From positions 1,376,001-1,440,000 of the forward strand of contig CAVSGO010000007.1 in the NCBI GenBank assembly GCA_963727525.1: 64,000 nt of DNA, in the 5' to 3' direction. The stretch is from an uncultured bacterium (GTDB lineage: Bacteria; Krumholzibacteriota; Krumholzibacteriia; LZORAL124-64-63). How positions within the stretch are numbered: position 1 is the stretch's first letter; each line of letters starts with the position of its first letter. Below the pieces are notes generated by a model. The model was not told where the DNA came from. It did no database searches and was given only the letters and a program-made list of their open reading frames with translations. Both the position numbers and the translations under genes were made by a program. Below are positions 9,779 through 19,079 of this stretch, piece by piece.

Positions 9779-10969
9779 TCAGTCGCGTTCGTCGCGCCTT
9801 GGCGGGCCGCCACGTCGCAGCATCGTGCCGAACCGCTCGTTGACGCGGTCGACGATGCGATCGAGGGTGCGCTCCCGCTCGCGCGTGGGATCGCCGAAGA
9901 GTTCGCTCTGGCTCGCGCCGGCATGGTCGAAACCCGAGGTGGTCACCCCGATGAGCCGCAGGGGACGGCCGCGCCGGCCCAGCCGCTCGGCGAGTAGCCT
10001 CCGCGCTGCGGCGCGGATGGTGATGGTGGAATCGGTGGGCTGCGGCAACGTCTGGGCCCGCGTGTGCGTCGTGAAATCCGGATAGCGCGCCTTGAGCGTC
10101 ACCGTGCGCGCGCTCAAGCCCGCCCGCCGCAGGCGCCAGGCCACCTTCTCGGCCAGGCCATCGAGGATCTCCTGCAGCGTCGCGGCATCGGCGATATCCT
10201 CCGCGAACGTCAGCTCGTTGCCTATCGACCTGGCCTCATGCTCCGGCACAACCGGGCGCTCGTCCTCGCCCACCGCGAGTTGCAACAGATGGTCGACCTG
10301 ATCACCGAGGCGGAAGGCGAGCACGTCCCGCGGCGTGGCCAGCAGGTCGGCGACGCGGCGGATGCCGAGAGCATGCAGTTCCCGCGCCGTCACCTTGCCC
10401 ACGCCCCAAAGTGCCTCCACCGGCAGGGCGGCCAGCCGCGCCCGGGCATCTTGCGGCGTGAAGACCACGAAACCGTCAGGCTTCTCGAGGCCGCTTGCGA
10501 GCTTGGCGAGGAACTTGTTCGGCGCCACGCCCACCGAGGCCGCCAGTCCCAGTTCGTCGCGGATCGCCGTCTTGATGACGCGGCCGACCGCGGGCGCCGG
10601 ACCGAAGAGGCGCTGGCAACCGGTGACGTCGAGGAAAGCCTCGTCGATGCTCAACGGCTCCACCAGCGGCGTCATGCGCGCGAAGATGGCGAAGACCTGC
10701 TGCGACACCTCGAGGTAACGGGCCATGCGGGGGCGCAGGAACACGCCCTCGGGACAGAGCGTCACCGCACGCGCCGCGGGCATGGCGCTGTGCACGCCGT
10801 GGCGACGCGCCTCGTAGCTGGCCGCGGCCACCACACCGCGGCCCTCGGGCGTGCCGCCCACGATCACGGGCTTGCCGCGCAGCGAGGGTTCGTCGAGCAC
10901 CTCGACCGATGCGTAGAACGCGTCCATGTCCACGTGCAGGATCGCGCGTCCGGGCGTGATCGCCATCAC
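9779..10969 (-). CDS. dinB: DNA polymerase IV
   Basis: HVDMDAFYASVE, SYEARRHGV, SIDEAFLD, NKFLAKLAS, little-finger RLIGV. Confidence 0.96.
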   Translation of the reverse strand: MMAITPGRAILHVDMDAFYASVEVLDEPSLRGKPVIVGGTPEGRGVVAAASYEARRHGVHSAMPAARAVTLCPEGVFLRPRMARYLEVSQQVFAIFARMTPLVEPLSIDEAFLDVTGCQRLFGPAPAVGRVIKTAIRDELGLAASVGVAPNKFLAKLASGLEKPDGFVVFTPQDARARLAALPVEALWGVGKVTARELHALGIRRVADLLATPRDVLAFRLGDQVDHLLQLAVGEDERPVVPEHEARSIGNELTFAEDIADAATLQEILDGLAEKVAWRLRRAGLSARTVTLKARYPDFTTHTRAQTLPQPTDSTITIRAAARRLLAERLGRRGRPLRLIGVTTSGFDHAGASQSELFGDPTRERERTLDRIVDRVNERFGTMLRRGGPPRRDERD

Positions 10970-12459
10970 GGCTCTCCGCGGAAGGTCCGTTCGAGGTGGG
11001 CGAGCTTCATTTCCAGCTCCCGATTCCAGATGCGATTCAGGGCCGTGTCAGCGCGCCGGCGCCACAGGGGCGACGCATCCGCGAGCGCGGCCTCGAGCTG
11101 CCAGCGGTGCTCGAAACTCCGCCCGGCGAGCCCGCGCAACGCCCGGAGCTGATCGAGGCTGAGCCAGTCCGCGTCGACACTCAGGTTGATCCGCCCGAGG
11201 TCGACCTTCAGCGGCAACACCTCGGCCGCTTCCACCGCGGCCCGCGCCTGGTCGCCCGAAAGGTGCGTCACCTTTTCCACGCGCGACTGGAGAGCCACGG
11301 CATTGTCGAAATCCCGCCCGGCGAGGGCGTCGAATCCCGCGCCAGGAATGCCGCGCGCCTCGAGGTGGGCCACGACTGCGCTGTCGATACGGTAGGTCAC
11401 CGCGCGCGCCACCGGCTGGTCGAAGACGTTCTCCACGAAGAATAGCAGGAAGAACGCGATCGCTCCCGCCGCGATCGGCGTGATCAGCCAGCCCAGACCG
11501 ATCTCGCCGAGCGCACGCCAGCGGACGCCGCGTCCACCCTTGAGCAGTCCGAGTCCGATGATCGCCCCCACGACCGCCTGGCTCGCCGAGACGGGCACGA
11601 GCGGGAAGGTGGGCAAGCCATGCTGGGCGAGCCACGCCTGCAGCCCCTCGCTCGCGAAGAGCGTGAGCACCAGCGCGGTGGCCAGCACCACGACGATGGC
11701 CGCCTCCGGCGAGATGCGCATGAGTCTGCCGCCGACGGTGCGCATCACGCGCCCCGAGTACGTGAGCACGCCCGAGGCGATGGCCAGTCCGCCGAGCAGG
11801 AACAGAAGCTGGTCCGCGGAGAGCGTGAAGAGTCCGCCCACCGATGCGGCGCGGAACGGGTTGTCGGGCACGAAGACACCCACCACGTTGGCGATGTTGT
11901 TGGCTCCGAGGCTGAACGAGCCCAGCGCGCCCACGACGATGAGCGCCGCGCGCACGTACGCATCCTGGCGCATCATGTGCGGCCGCGTGGCGCGCAGCAA
12001 CCACCGCATCAACAGGTAAAGGAGCGCCGCCGCCAGTGCGGCGATCGCCGGGCTGAGCACCCAGGTCGTGAGGATCATCAGCAGCACGCTCGTGTCGGTG
12101 AGCGACGCGGTGTAGAGGTTCCAGCCGAGAATGGCGCCGACCACGGCCTGGCCGGTGGAGATGGGCAGTCCGGCGCGCGTCATGATGAGCGTGGCGAGCG
12201 CCGCCGCGAGCGCCACCGTGAACGAGCCACCGATCGCCGTCACCGACCCCAACCGTGCCAGGGTACCGGTCGGGCCGGAGCCGCCGATCACGGCGCCCGC
12301 CACCACGGCCACGGAACAGATGATCGTCGCCATGCGCAGCGTCACCATACGGCTGCCCACCGCGGTGCCGAACACGCTGGCCGCATTGTTCGCGCCCAGC
12401 GACCAGCCCAGAAAGAGGCCGCTCGAGAGGAAGACGAGGATTCCCAGGCCCAGGTTCAT
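10966..12459 (-). CDS. Inorganic phosphate transporter (PiT/PHO4 family) with a soluble C-terminal extension
   Basis: Two GANN repeats, GLPIST and PVSASQ motifs, many TM helices. Confidence 0.92.
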   Translation of the reverse strand: MNLGLGILVFLSSGLFLGWSLGANNAASVFGTAVGSRMVTLRMATIICSVAVVAGAVIGGSGPTGTLARLGSVTAIGGSFTVALAAALATLIMTRAGLPISTGQAVVGAILGWNLYTASLTDTSVLLMILTTWVLSPAIAALAAALLYLLMRWLLRATRPHMMRQDAYVRAALIVVGALGSFSLGANNIANVVGVFVPDNPFRAASVGGLFTLSADQLLFLLGGLAIASGVLTYSGRVMRTVGGRLMRISPEAAIVVVLATALVLTLFASEGLQAWLAQHGLPTFPLVPVSASQAVVGAIIGLGLLKGGRGVRWRALGEIGLGWLITPIAAGAIAFFLLFFVENVFDQPVARAVTYRIDSAVVAHLEARGIPGAGFDALAGRDFDNAVALQSRVEKVTHLSGDQARAAVEAAEVLPLKVDLGRINLSVDADWLSLDQLRALRGLAGRSFEHRWQLEAALADASPLWRRRADTALNRIWNRELEMKLAHLERTFRGEP

Positions 12460-12467
12460 CGCGCCGC

Positions 12468-13109
12468 CTACATCTGCCGCTTGATGGCGTAGATCGCCAG
12501 GCGTCCGGCCACGTGCTCGGCCGTGTCGGCCACGAAGTCCACCGACTCGGCGAAGTACCGGAGCTGCACCTTGTGCGCGAGTTCGAGATCGCCGGCGAAA
12601 ATGCGCCGCTTCAGCTCCAGGCCGATATGATCCGCCTGGCCCTCGAAGTGGTATACCTTGACCAGGTGGTCCGACACGGCGGCGGGATCGCGGAAGAATC
12701 GCCGCGCCGCCAGCACGACGGCCTCGGCGGCCTCGGCGGCCGATTCGGTGAGGCGCCGGAACTCGTCGCCCAGCGGATGCGGCACCTGCGGCCGTTCCAC
12801 GTCGAAGCGGTGCAGGCAGCTCTTGGCGCGGTCGATGATGTCGTCGGTGTGCTCGAGCAGGCCGAGCACGTCGCCGCGGTGCTCGGGGATGAGCGAGTGG
12901 CTGTAGAGGAACGACTCGACCTCGCGGCTCAGATGATCGGCATTGCGCTCGAGTTCGTCGATCAACGCCAGCTTGGCCGCGAAATCGCGCTCGCGATCGC
13001 CGAGGTAGTCGTCGATGCCGTCGCGAAAGATGAGGATGCCCTTCGTGATGGTGTCGAGGAAATCGTCGATCTGCTTCTCGACCACGATCGTCTTGCCGAA
13101 GAACGGCAT
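12468..13109 (-). CDS. DUF47 / PhoU-like phosphate transport regulator
   Basis: ERNAD and EGQAD repeats; lies directly upstream of PiT. Confidence 0.88.
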   Translation of the reverse strand: MPFFGKTIVVEKQIDDFLDTITKGILIFRDGIDDYLGDRERDFAAKLALIDELERNADHLSREVESFLYSHSLIPEHRGDVLGLLEHTDDIIDRAKSCLHRFDVERPQVPHPLGDEFRRLTESAAEAAEAVVLAARRFFRDPAAVSDHLVKVYHFEGQADHIGLELKRRIFAGDLELAHKVQLRYFAESVDFVADTAEHVAGRLAIYAIKRQM

Positions 13110-13125
13110 GTCTACCTCCCGGCGT

Positions 13126-13590
13126 TCACCAGCGCGAGTAGGGGTTCACGGCAAGCTGCGAGTTCTTGTAACGGTGGTCGTCGGTCACCTCGGCACCCAC
13201 CCAGGGCGGCCGCGGAAACGTGTCGGCGGCGTGCTCCAGCTCGAGCTCGGCGAGCACGAGACCGGCGTTCTCGCCGGCGAACACGTCCACCTCCCAGACC
13301 CGCTCACCGTGCGCCACACGGTGGCGCACCTTGCGGATGATCGGTCCGGGGCACAGCGACAGGAGCTGCCTCGCGTCGTCCACCGGAATCGCGTACTCGA
13401 ACTCCAACCGCTCGGGTCCACGCGACGCACCCTTGATTGTGAGCCAGGCGGCTTCGGCGGCCCGGCGCACGCGCACCGTCGGCGTGGTGCCACTCGTGAG
13501 GTAGCCCTGTTCGTATTCGGTACTCGTGACGACGTCGGCACGCCAGCCGTCGTCCGCCACCAGGAACTTGCGCTCGATCTCGCGTCCCAC
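13126..13590 (-). CDS. CYTH domain protein (triphosphate tunnel metalloenzyme)
   Basis: EIERKFLV, QGYL, VRVR, LTIKG, EFEY, KVRH, WEVDVF, ELEL. Confidence 0.93.
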   Translation of the reverse strand: MGREIERKFLVADDGWRADVVTSTEYEQGYLTSGTTPTVRVRRAAEAAWLTIKGASRGPERLEFEYAIPVDDARQLLSLCPGPIIRKVRHRVAHGERVWEVDVFAGENAGLVLAELELEHAADTFPRPPWVGAEVTDDHRYKNSQLAVNPYSRW

Positions 13591-13751
13591 GGCCACTCCT
13601 TCCGCGCTCCCCAGCATAGTCCGCGCGACGCCGGCTGTCCAAGACCATTCCCCCTGGCGATGGCCATGCCGGGCGGCTAAGCTGGTGCCTGTCCGATGGG
13701 TGGCCGGGTTCGTCGTCGAGGGGATCGGGCGCCGGCAGGAGGAGTCTCGCG

Positions 13752-14453
13752 ATGTGCGGCCGCATCACTCTGAAGTCGCCCGCTCAGCTCGTGGCCGAGG
13801 AGTTCCAGCTCGCCCACGTGCCGGAGCTGATCCCGCGCTACAACATCGCCCCCACGCAACCGGTGCTCGCCGTCCTCCTGGACTCCGACGGCCGGCGGAC
13901 GCCTCGCGCCCTGAAGTGGGGCCTCGTTCCGCCCTGGAGTCGCGACCCCCGCAACGGTGCCAAGATGTTCAACGCGCGCGGCGAGACGGTGATGGAGAAG
14001 CCGGCCTTCCGCGAGGCCTTTGCGCACCGCCGCTGCCTGATCCCGGTCGACGGCTTCTACGAATGGCGCAAGCAGGGACGTGAACGCTTGCCGCTCTACT
14101 TTCACGCCGGCGACGATCGGCTGCTGGCGCTGGCCGGATTGTGGGAACACTGGGAGTACCCGGGCGGCGAGGTCATCGAGTCGTGCAGCATCCTGACAAC
14201 CGCCGCCAACGATCTGATGCGTCCCATCCACCACCGCATGCCCGTGATCCTGGACCGCGCGTCCCGCGAACCGTGGCTGAGGACACCGCCCGACGCCGCT
14301 GCGGCGTTGCTTCCCCTGCTGCAGCCGGCGCGCGAGGGGTGGCTGGCGGCCCACCCGGTGGCGTCCCTGGTCAACAAGCCGGCGAACGACGGTCCGGAAC
14401 TGATCGTGCCGCAGCACCGCACGCCGCCGGGGCAGCTGAATCTCTTCTCATAG
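13752..14453 (+). CDS. SOS response-associated peptidase (SRAP; YedK/HMCES family)
   Basis: N-terminal MCGR, RYNIAP, FNARGET, GFYEW, IHHRMPV. Confidence 0.95.
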   Translation: MCGRITLKSPAQLVAEEFQLAHVPELIPRYNIAPTQPVLAVLLDSDGRRTPRALKWGLVPPWSRDPRNGAKMFNARGETVMEKPAFREAFAHRRCLIPVDGFYEWRKQGRERLPLYFHAGDDRLLALAGLWEHWEYPGGEVIESCSILTTAANDLMRPIHHRMPVILDRASREPWLRTPPDAAAALLPLLQPAREGWLAAHPVASLVNKPANDGPELIVPQHRTPPGQLNLFS

Positions 14454-14461
14454 ATCGTCTT

Positions 14462-15805
14462 CTAGATCGTCTTTTCAGAGATCTTCGCCGTCGCGACGCG
14501 CCCGGTCTCGTACTGCTCGAGCAACTCCGCCAGCAGCCGCGGCACCAGAGCCAGGTGTTCCGGCGTTTCCACGTACGCGATGCGCATCTGCGTGGCCCCT
14601 GGATTGGGCGCGCCCGGCGGCAGGCTGTAGAAGCCGGCCATCGGGGCCGTCAGCAACGTGAGCTGCCGCGCGTCGACGTCCACGGCCCCCTCCCGCGCGC
14701 ACCAGGAGACAAAGGCTTTCGCGTCGAAGCCGGACTGCACAATGTCGCGCACGTCCACCACCGAGTAGATGCTTGCGTCCGGATTCGAGACGATGATCCC
14801 GGGGATCGTGCCGTGCAGCCCCTCCGTCACTCGCAGCAGCAGACGGCGGTAGTACTCGCGCTGGCTTGCGAACCAGCGCCGCAGATCGTCGCGCGACTCG
14901 TGGGCGATGGCTCCGAAGATCCACTGGCCGATGTGGCTGCTGCACAGGCTGGCCGTGTTCTCGGCGACGGCGCGTGCATGCAGCTCGGGGTTGTCGGTGA
15001 CCAGGGCGCCGATGCGCAGGCCGCAGGCGTTCCAAACCTTGCTCGTCGTCTCGATGCTCACACGCCTCCCGGTGATGCCGGGCACCTCGTCCTCGCTGAT
15101 TCCCCAGATGCTCACCGGGCCATCGCCGGTGTAGTACAGTTCGCGGTAGGCCTCGTCGCTGATCAACCACATGCCGTGCTCCACGCACAGTCGCGCCAGG
15201 TCGCATAGCTGCTGCCGCGTGTAGAGCTGGCCGGTGGGATTGTCATACGGGATGACGACGAGCGCGCCGGGGCGGTGCTCGCGGATGACGGCCTCGATCT
15301 GTGCGATGTTCGGCAGCGTGAAGCGACCATCTTCCTGCAGGTTGCGCGTGATCGACACCGTGGCGCGGCCCAGGCGATCGGCGAAGCTCTTGTAGTTCGT
15401 GTAGGCCGCGTCGATGAGCATGAGCGGCTTCTCGGCGCTGCCGGCTGGACCACAACAGCCCACGATCACCAGTTCCATCGCCTGACTGCCCCCGTCGGTG
15501 ATCTGCACGTGCAAACCATCCACGGGCAGATCGCTGGCCGCGATGATCGTACGGAAGGCCAGGATCGTCTCGGGTAGCCCCACCGTGGCGGTGTACTTCA
15601 CCACACCGTCGGCGAATGGGCTGCCGGGCGTGCCCAGATGGCGCAGCCGATCGGTCATCGCGGGATGCATCGGCAAGGTGACGTTGCCGATCGCCACGTT
15701 GATGGCTTCCACCTGATCGGTGCGCCTGGCGAACTCGATCTGAGCCATACGGATGACGCTGGGCTGGCGGCTGGCGTAGTGCGCGGAGAGCGTGGCCTCG
15801 GCCAT
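14462..15805 (-). CDS. Class I/II PLP-dependent aminotransferase
   Basis: DNPTG, SDEAY, TSKVWNACGLRIG, MRIAY. ATG 15805 has GAGGAG upstream. Confidence 0.9.
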   Translation of the reverse strand: MAEATLSAHYASRQPSVIRMAQIEFARRTDQVEAINVAIGNVTLPMHPAMTDRLRHLGTPGSPFADGVVKYTATVGLPETILAFRTIIAASDLPVDGLHVQITDGGSQAMELVIVGCCGPAGSAEKPLMLIDAAYTNYKSFADRLGRATVSITRNLQEDGRFTLPNIAQIEAVIREHRPGALVVIPYDNPTGQLYTRQQLCDLARLCVEHGMWLISDEAYRELYYTGDGPVSIWGISEDEVPGITGRRVSIETTSKVWNACGLRIGALVTDNPELHARAVAENTASLCSSHIGQWIFGAIAHESRDDLRRWFASQREYYRRLLLRVTEGLHGTIPGIIVSNPDASIYSVVDVRDIVQSGFDAKAFVSWCAREGAVDVDARQLTLLTAPMAGFYSLPPGAPNPGATQMRIAYVETPEHLALVPRLLAELLEQYETGRVATAKISEKTI

Positions 15806-16067
15806 GGTCGACTCCTCAGCGGGGTTTGGAAACGCGGGTGCCGGACCCCGAATCTGGTCAATGCCGTCGCCATCGGCAAGGCGCCACGAGACCGGGAGCA
15901 CACGCCGGCACACCGAAATCGGCGATCGACTCCCCAACCCCCGCGACCGTACGGCCACCGTAGTTCATGCAGAACCCGAACGATAGTATGGTAATCGCTT
16001 GAAATATTATACAGTTGCGAACGCGGATCGCGCGATCCAAAGGACCTCTCGAGGCGGCTGTCCGGGC

Positions 16068-16280
16068 TCACCCGCCCCGAGGCTCTCCCACGTTCTGATG
16101 GAATACATGGCGCTCGCGGGAACGGTTGTCGTGGCCGACGAGACGAACCGTTGCCAGGTTCCCAAGCGCCTCCAGAACCTCGCCAGGGTCCCACACGAGG
16201 GCGCGGACGGCCGGCGAGAGAACGTGGACGTCGCTGAACCCCGCGGTCAGCAACGTGATGGCCTTGCCATCGATGGTCAC
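16068..16280 (-). CDS. Possible small hypothetical protein (70 aa)
   Basis: GTG start with AAGGA upstream, in an otherwise empty intergenic gap of about 600 bp. No motif recognised. Confidence 0.25.
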   Translation of the reverse strand: MTIDGKAITLLTAGFSDVHVLSPAVRALVWDPGEVLEALGNLATVRLVGHDNRSRERHVFHQNVGEPRGG

Positions 16281-16407
16281 GAGGCACTATCCTTCTGGCG
16301 CGATTTCGCCGTTTGCGGCGATTTCGCGTTCCGCGGCGATCTTGGTCCTTCAGTCCCGTGAGGGCAGGCCGAACCCGCGAGACACACCCGCACCCGGAGC
16401 GTGAGAC

Positions 16408-17514
16408 ATGAAAGTGGCGTTCGTCGACCTCAAGGCCCAGTACGCGAGCATCAAGCCCGAGATCGATCAGGCCCTGGCTGCCGTGGTCGGCGACTGTGCG
16501 TTCATCGCAGGCAAGTATGCGACGGCGTTCGAGAACGACTTCGCGGCGTACATCGGTCGGCAGCACTGCGTCGGCGTGGCCAATGGCACGGACGCACTCT
16601 ACGTGGCCATGAAGGGGCTGGGCCTCGGCCCGGGCGACGAAGCCATCACCGCCGCCAACACGTTCATCGCCACTGCCGAGGCCATCACGCACACCGGCGC
16701 TGAGGTGGCCTTCGTCGACAACGATCCCCTCACGTACAACCTGGACATCGACCGAATCGAGGCCGCCATCACGCCGCGCACGCGGGCCATCGTCCCGGTG
16801 CATCTCTACGGCCAGCCCTGCGACATCGAGGGCGTGATGAGGATCGCGGCGAAGCACGATCTCCTCGTGATCGAGGACGCGGCACAGGCCCACGGTGCGA
16901 AGGTGGTCGACCGCAACGTCGGCACGTTCGGCCACTGCGCTTGCTACAGCTTCTATCCGGGCAAGAACCTGGGCGCCTACGGCGACGCCGGAGCTATCGT
17001 CACCGACGACGCGAAGCTCGACGCCTTCGCGCGCAGCTTTGCCAACCACGGCCGCAGCGAACAGTACTTCCACGACATCGAGGGCGTGAACAGCCGCCTC
17101 GACGGGTTCCAGGCGGCCGTCCTCGCCGTGAAGCTGCGCCACCTCGAGACGTGGACCGAGGCCCGCATCGCCACGGCCCGCCGCTATGACGCGGGGCTGC
17201 AGGGCGTGTGCGTGACACCCGCCGTCTCCCCCGGCGTGCGGCACGTCTACCACCTCTACGTCATCCGCGTGGCCAATCGCGACGAGGTGCGCCAGCACCT
17301 GCAGGAGGCCGGGATCGCCACCGGTATCCACTACCCCGTGGCGCTGCCCTATCTGCCGGCTTTCGCCCGACTCGGCCACCGGCCGCAGGATTTCCCGGTG
17401 GCCCACGGAGCCATGACCGAGATCCTCAGCCTGCCCATGCACGGCGATCTGACGAGCGACCAGATCGACCATGTGATCGAGACGGTGCGCCAGGTGGCCC
17501 GCATGCCCGAGTAG
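16408..17514 (+). CDS. DegT/DnrJ/EryC1/StrS family sugar aminotransferase
   Basis: NGTDAL, PVHLYGQ, EDAAQAHGA, SFYPGKNLGAYGDAG, NSRLD, LSLPM. Confidence 0.95.
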   Translation: MKVAFVDLKAQYASIKPEIDQALAAVVGDCAFIAGKYATAFENDFAAYIGRQHCVGVANGTDALYVAMKGLGLGPGDEAITAANTFIATAEAITHTGAEVAFVDNDPLTYNLDIDRIEAAITPRTRAIVPVHLYGQPCDIEGVMRIAAKHDLLVIEDAAQAHGAKVVDRNVGTFGHCACYSFYPGKNLGAYGDAGAIVTDDAKLDAFARSFANHGRSEQYFHDIEGVNSRLDGFQAAVLAVKLRHLETWTEARIATARRYDAGLQGVCVTPAVSPGVRHVYHLYVIRVANRDEVRQHLQEAGIATGIHYPVALPYLPAFARLGHRPQDFPVAHGAMTEILSLPMHGDLTSDQIDHVIETVRQVARMPE

Positions 17515-17546
17515 CCTGCCACCGCGCGGTCAGGCCCAAGAAACGC

Positions 17547-17572
17547 GGGGCCGGGGATCTCTCCCCGGCCCC
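17547..17572. terminator. Hairpin between convergent genes (likely bidirectional terminator)
   Basis: ggggccgggga / tccccggcccc 11-bp stem. Confidence 0.65.
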
Positions 17573-17604
17573 AAACGTCCCGCCGCAGCGTACTCAGCTC
17601 GAGC

Positions 17605-18645
17605 TTACTCGAAGAGCGCCTTCACGGTCGACCAGCTGGTCGGCACGGTGGCGATGTCCGGCTCGATGCCTGTGATGCTGGCCACGTAGTCGTACATGTT
17701 GGGATCACCGGCTGGCGGCGCAAACACCGTCGGGCCGACCCAGAACCACACCGCTGCGCCATGGGCGTAGCCGGTGATCGTCATATAGGCCTCGAGGCAA
17801 GGACCGCCAGTCGCCTGCTGAGCAACGGCGACGCTCGCGCAGTCCTGGGGGCTGAGTTCGAACATGTAGGTCGCCTGCTCGGCATCCAGCGTCACATCGA
17901 TCGCCAGATCCGGCCCCATGAGCAAGATGAACCAGTCGGTGTCGCGGTACTGCGCGCCACCGGGGGAGCTGTACCAGCCGCTGACGCCGCACAACGTGAG
18001 CGCACCGTCATTGTTGTTGTCGATCAGGTTCTGGAACGGGAAGCCCGCCGAGTTGCAGCCACCGTTGTAGTGGTCCACGTAGCCGTCCATCAGGTCCGGC
18101 TCACCCTCGGCGACAGCGTCGCCGCCCGGGCATTCGAGGATGCAGGGCTGGTGCCACAAGACGGTGATCGTGTAGTCGCCATTGGCGGTGGAGTACCCGT
18201 CGACGACGATGTAGTACTGCACACCGGCCATCACCGGAGCCGTGAGCTGTGACTGCAAGCCACAGAAGTCGTCGTTGCAGGCGACTTCCACCAAGCCCGC
18301 ATCAAAGACATACAAGCCGGTGTCATAGGTGGAGCCGCAGAGCGAGATGTCCAGGGCTCCGTCCTCCGTCGGCGTGTAGGTGTAGACGACATCGGGTGCC
18401 CCCGCGTCATAGACGCACGCGCTCGAGTAGTCGTTAACGTAGCCTGTCGTGGTGCCCGCGTCGTTGTAGGGCAGACTGGAGATCACCGTCGCGTCGAAGA
18501 TGGTGTCGCCGCCCTGGAGCGCGGGGTTGGGAATATTCACGGGATAGACGGACGGGACCTTCACGGGAGCCTGGTTACCGACATCGGCGGCGGATGCAGC
18601 ACCGACCAGACAAAGTACGAGTGCAATCGTGAACAACTTCCACAT
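17605..18645 (-). CDS. Secreted Cys/Asp-rich protein with a PPC-like domain and WSTVKALF tail (paralog A)
   Basis: Signal peptide MWKLFTIAL..., PDVVY, YDTGLYVF, ACNDDFC, YYIVVDGY; ends TSWSTVKALFE. Confidence 0.8.
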   Translation of the reverse strand: MWKLFTIALVLCLVGAASAADVGNQAPVKVPSVYPVNIPNPALQGGDTIFDATVISSLPYNDAGTTTGYVNDYSSACVYDAGAPDVVYTYTPTEDGALDISLCGSTYDTGLYVFDAGLVEVACNDDFCGLQSQLTAPVMAGVQYYIVVDGYSTANGDYTITVLWHQPCILECPGGDAVAEGEPDLMDGYVDHYNGGCNSAGFPFQNLIDNNNDGALTLCGVSGWYSSPGGAQYRDTDWFILLMGPDLAIDVTLDAEQATYMFELSPQDCASVAVAQQATGGPCLEAYMTITGYAHGAAVWFWVGPTVFAPPAGDPNMYDYVASITGIEPDIATVPTSWSTVKALFE

Positions 18646-19012
18646 GGCTGCTGTCCCTTCGCTTGAGATCTGTGTACTCCATATCGGTCGCTCGTAGAAA
18701 TGCGGGCGATCGTATCCGAGGGTCTCGAGAACGGGGGCGATGCGTGTTCGCGATGCTGCGTCTTCAATCAGCGGCCGGCGGGTCCCCGCTGCCCCCATCA
18801 CTCGTCAATGACGAGATCCTATCACATCGGGATATCACGATTCCATCACAAAAGAATAAAGATATCCGTTTTTATAGAGACATCATCGGTGTAATTGCTC
18901 AATCAGGCCACCGCCAGTCAGGACCTCCCGGAACGGCGGGAACATCAAGGCGCGGATCGCGTTGGCCGTGCCCCGCCCCATCAACCGAACGGCCCGGAAC
19001 GCCATGACACGC

Positions 19013-19048
19013 AAAAAACCGGGACCGGCGCTTGCGCACCGGCCCCGG
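19013..19048 (-). terminator. Intrinsic terminator of paralog B
   Basis: On the minus strand: ccggggccggtgc-GCAA-gcgccggtcccgg followed by T6. Confidence 0.75.
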
Positions 19049-19079
19049 CATGACCAGAAATCTGGTTCTCGAATCAGGC

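Noticed and set aside
13591-13751. LexA/SOS box between CYTH and SRAP
   Set aside because: No CTGT-N8-ACAG or GAAC-N4-GTTC-type palindrome seen.
15999-16361. 120-aa plus-strand ORF in the intergenic gap
   Set aside because: TTG start without an RBS, and composition resembling an antisense read; not supportable.
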